DNA of 8,442 nucleotides from the IMG/VR virus record IMGVR_UViG_3300005859_000132, positions 1 through 8,442 of that record; one strand, 5' to 3'. Below, piece after piece: positions 6,106 through 8,442 of this stretch. Under the pieces are notes generated by a model. That model did no database searches and was not told the DNA's origin. It saw only the letters and a program-made list of their open reading frames with translations. Position 1 is the stretch's first letter. Each line of letters begins with the position of its first letter. A program made the translations under genes and the position numbers.

Positions 6106-6333
6106 TCAAGTTTTACCTAGTCTGATTTTTATTTCTTCAATTTGCTTTTTAAGCTCATTCTGATTTATCTTCAACTCTTCAATTTCTGTTTTCAAATTCT
6201 GTAACTCTGAGTCCACAATTTCTTTTACTGCATCTTTTAGAGCTTGTTTTATTTTTAAATAAAGTTGAACAATAGCAAATAGTGTAGTTATAAATGTAGA
6301 AATTATAGTTAAAATAAGAGTTATCTCACTCAT
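6106..6333 (-). CDS. Membrane-anchored coiled-coil protein (SIRV ORF84-like)
   Basis: N-terminal hydrophobic helix, then heptads LQNLKTEIEELKINQNELKKQIEEIK. 8-nt overlap with the upstream ORF. Confidence 0.8.
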   Translation of the reverse strand: MSEITLILTIISTFITTLFAIVQLYLKIKQALKDAVKEIVDSELQNLKTEIEELKINQNELKKQIEEIKIRLGKT

Positions 6334-6694
6334 TTTCCGATTCGCCTAAATCTTCTTCTAAATTATCTAAATTTAAATTCTCATCTTCTTTGAACTTTTG
6401 ATATACTGAATCAACTTGTTTCGCGTATGACTGTGGATAAACTACGCGGAAATCTGCAATATAAATTGTATTCTTTTTTGGATCTTTTGCAATTAGAAAT
6501 TGAAAATAGAAAGTAAAACCTGGAATATATAAATCTACAACCATAGGCAATTCTGCATTTTTTAAAACTATAATTGAATGAGGTAAATATTTTGATAATC
6601 CATAAATTTGTCCCTGTAGTTCTAGTTCTCTAATTTTATCTATCGCGATTCGTACCGGGCCGAAAATATTCGCAAACTCATCTTTGACTTGCAT
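6326..6694 (-). CDS. Conserved rudiviral hypothetical protein (SIRV ORF110-like) with acidic tail
   Basis: 122-aa ORF coupled to the downstream gene; synteny; tail EDENLNLDNLEEDLGESENE. Confidence 0.78.
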   Translation of the reverse strand: MQVKDEFANIFGPVRIAIDKIRELELQGQIYGLSKYLPHSIIVLKNAELPMVVDLYIPGFTFYFQFLIAKDPKKNTIYIADFRVVYPQSYAKQVDSVYQKFKEDENLNLDNLEEDLGESENE

Positions 6695-6796
6695 AATTAT
6701 TTATTTCACAAAACAAGAATAAATAAAATCAAAGCAAATTTGCCATATACATTATATTATGTATATGCATTTGTTAATTGACATGTAAAGCATGAG

Positions 6797-6843
6797 CGAA
6801 AGATTTATATATTTAGATTTCGAAATGTATAATAGGGATAAAT
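6797..6843 (+). promoter_or_regulatory. BRE-TATA promoter, accessory class, copy 2
   Basis: GCGAAAGATTTATATATTT; the C at 6797 is 47 nt before ATG 6844. Confidence 0.7.
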
Positions 6844-7197
6844 ATGAGAAGTCAAAATAGACAAATTAAAAGTAAAAACAAATTACTTTTTTGTAAATTA
6901 TGTGCATTTGTAGCTCAAGATGAAAATGAGTTAGATTTTCATTATAAAATGGCTCATGATCCGGATCCAGATTTAGAATATGAATTTGAGCCAATTTTTG
7001 TAGATAAAAAAACTTATAAGAAATTGTTATATCAAGATTATTTAAGAATTTGCAAATCATATGTATGTGTCATACGTCCAAGAATTGATATTGAAGATGA
7101 TAAAAGTGAAATAAGAAGACTGTACAGAGAATATTGTTCAACTTGTGTATTAAAAAAGTTTTTAGTCGAAGAATTGAAACAAAATGGAAAAATGTGA
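6844..7197 (+). CDS. Zinc-finger protein (one C2H2 finger plus four further Cys)
   Basis: CKLC-x12-HYKMAH, acidic linker DPDPDLEYEFE, then CKSYVC and CSTC. Confidence 0.82.
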   Translation: MRSQNRQIKSKNKLLFCKLCAFVAQDENELDFHYKMAHDPDPDLEYEFEPIFVDKKTYKKLLYQDYLRICKSYVCVIRPRIDIEDDKSEIRRLYREYCSTCVLKKFLVEELKQNGKM

Positions 7198-7263
7198 GTT
7201 TTTTAATTCTTTATTTTTTTATCTATAATTTTTTTCATCTTTTAAATAATATTTCTATTTTTT
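7198..7263 (+). terminator. T-rich terminator region
   Basis: Several T6-T7 runs directly after the stop at 7197. Confidence 0.55.
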
Positions 7264-7276
7264 AATGAACAGAAAG

Positions 7277-7323
7277 CGAAAGATTTTTATATTTCGAAAG
7301 CGTATATTATATTGTGAAAGAAA
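7277..7323 (+). promoter_or_regulatory. BRE-TATA promoter, accessory class, copy 3
   Basis: GCGAAAGATTTTTATATTT; the C at 7277 is 47 nt before ATG 7324. Confidence 0.7.
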
Positions 7324-7539
7324 ATGGGAAGATATGAAGTTGAGCAAAAAATAGTCGAATTAGCTCATAAATTTGCAGTACAATATGGAGAAGAAATTTT
7401 ACATCTAAAAGTTGATGAATTAATAATGTATCTATCATCTTATTTTGACTATGAGTCATGGTTAATTTTTAAGCATAACCAATATGAGTTATTAAAACTT
7501 TTTGTAGAAACTGTAAAAGAAGATTTATCTAAATCTTAA
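7324..7539 (+). CDS. Small acidic helical hypothetical protein
   Basis: 71-aa ORF with its own promoter and a helical amphipathic pattern; about 13 D/E versus 8 K/R. Confidence 0.78.
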   Translation: MGRYEVEQKIVELAHKFAVQYGEEILHLKVDELIMYLSSYFDYESWLIFKHNQYELLKLFVETVKEDLSKS

Positions 7540-7751
7540 GTTAATATTTTTTTAATTTTCTCTTTGTCAATCTTGTAAGGTATGTAAAATTTATAATTCC
7601 AAGTATTCGGATAAAAAATCCAACCTTTACGTTTTCTAAGTATATAAAATTTCCTATTCCATGGATTTTTATAAGGAATATAAAATTTTCCGTTCCATGT
7701 ATTTGGGTCAAAATTCCAACCTTTTTTCTTTTTAACTATCATGTTTATCAT
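7536..7751 (-). CDS. Basic, Trp/aromatic-rich internal-repeat protein
   Basis: Repeats KKKKGWNFDPNTWNGKFYIPYK / NPWNRKFYI / RKRKGWIFYPNTWNYKFYIPYK. Starts just after the upstream gene's stop; alternative ATG at 7742. Confidence 0.65.
   Translation of the reverse strand: MINMIVKKKKGWNFDPNTWNGKFYIPYKNPWNRKFYILRKRKGWIFYPNTWNYKFYIPYKIDKEKIKKILT
7576..7733. repeat. Imperfect ~62-bp direct repeat with 96-bp period, plus a partial middle copy
   Basis: taaggtatgtaaaatttataattccaagtattcggataaaaaatccaaccttt (from 7576) versus taaggaatataaaattttccgttccatgtatttgggtcaaaattccaaccttt (from 7672); partial copy at about 7641-7668. Confidence 0.85.
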
Positions 7752-7755
7752 CTTT

Positions 7756-8442
7756 CTATCTTTCAGCTATATTTTTAAAGTTTTTGTAGTAGAAAATTGG
7801 CTTATATTGTTTAGCTTTTGCAGACTTTTGAGCTATTTTTATCGAATTTTCAATTTTTGCCTGACCTTGTAATTGTTCACCAAGTTGCTGAGCAAATTGT
7901 AAATCTGAATCTGAAATTCCATAAAATTTCCACTTTGTTCTCCAATAATTCAAAAAGTCAGAATATGATAATGTTCTTTTTCCAGAATTGTAACTATAAT
8001 TTTGTTGATAAGGATATCTAGCAATTTCCAAAATTGCACTAGCTATCATTTTTGCATACCAAACGTTAGAATATTTCTTATTAACAATTTGTTGAACTTG
8101 TAGAAATTGTTCGTATGAAACTGCGTAATTTTCAATTTCAGAGCTGTAAGTTATGTTTATTCCGCCAGGTGATGGATCATAAAGATGTGCTTTAAATAAT
8201 AAGCCAAATATTGAGATTACAGTTTTATCAGCTGTTAAAATTGAAACTAAATCTAATTCTGTCACGTTTTGTGGATTAAATTCTGGAATTAAAACGGCTA
8301 AATCTAGCGGAGTATAATCTAAAACCATTCCAAATACATCTGCAAAATTTTGTAAAATCATCCCATTTTCTAGTTGAACTTTGTAAGTTGGAGAATTTTC
8401 AATCTCTGGAACTAAAACAAATCTATCTAGCCACCCTAAATC
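7756..8442 (-). CDS. Large rudiviral protein, probably the minor virion protein (SIRV ORF488-like); 3' part only
   Basis: The frame stays open from 8361 to the window edge (DLGWLDRFVLVPEIENSPTYKVQLENG-MILQ...), so the true start lies outside the window. Identity inferred from synteny and recalled C-terminus. Confidence 0.75.
   Translation of the reverse strand, partial: DLGWLDRFVLVPEIENSPTYKVQLENGMILQNFADVFGMVLDYTPLDLAVLIPEFNPQNVTELDLVSILTADKTVISIFGLLFKAHLYDPSPGGINITYSSEIENYAVSYEQFLQVQQIVNKKYSNVWYAKMIASAILEIARYPYQQNYSYNSGKRTLSYSDFLNYWRTKWKFYGISDSDLQFAQQLGEQLQGQAKIENSIKIAQKSAKAKQYKPIFYYKNFKNIAER

Noticed and set aside
6866-7060. 64-aa - strand ORF
   Set aside because: Antisense shadow of the zinc-finger gene.
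7576-7733. Possible viral mini-CRISPR array
   Set aside because: Copies are diverged, in frame and vary at synonymous sites; there are no identical repeats with unique spacers and no ATTGAAA(G/C)-type repeat end.
7818-8021. 67-aa + strand ORF
   Set aside because: Antisense shadow of the large structural gene.

Overview
Very AT-rich, gene-dense segment of a rod-shaped archaeal virus genome (Rudiviridae, SIRV-like, Sulfolobales host). Recognisable genes, left to right: 5' end of the ssDNA-binding protein, a tandem ribbon-helix-helix (RHH) protein, the HUH Rep initiator, the pyramid-forming lysis protein PVAP (P98), the SvtR repressor plus a second RHH gene, a dCTP deaminase/dUTPase, the 134-aa major capsid protein, a C2H2 zinc-finger protein, a GT4 glycosyltransferase, several conserved small proteins and the 3' part of a large probable minor virion protein. 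Six small ORFs and one partial ORF missing from the supplied track were translated by hand. Two promoter classes are visible: TATA+TGTCA (about 12 copies) on core genes, and CGAAARATTTWTAT (3 copies) driving small accessory genes inserted among the core genes, which are the best candidates for undescribed anti-defence genes. Family assignments come from remembered sequences and motifs; no database search was run.
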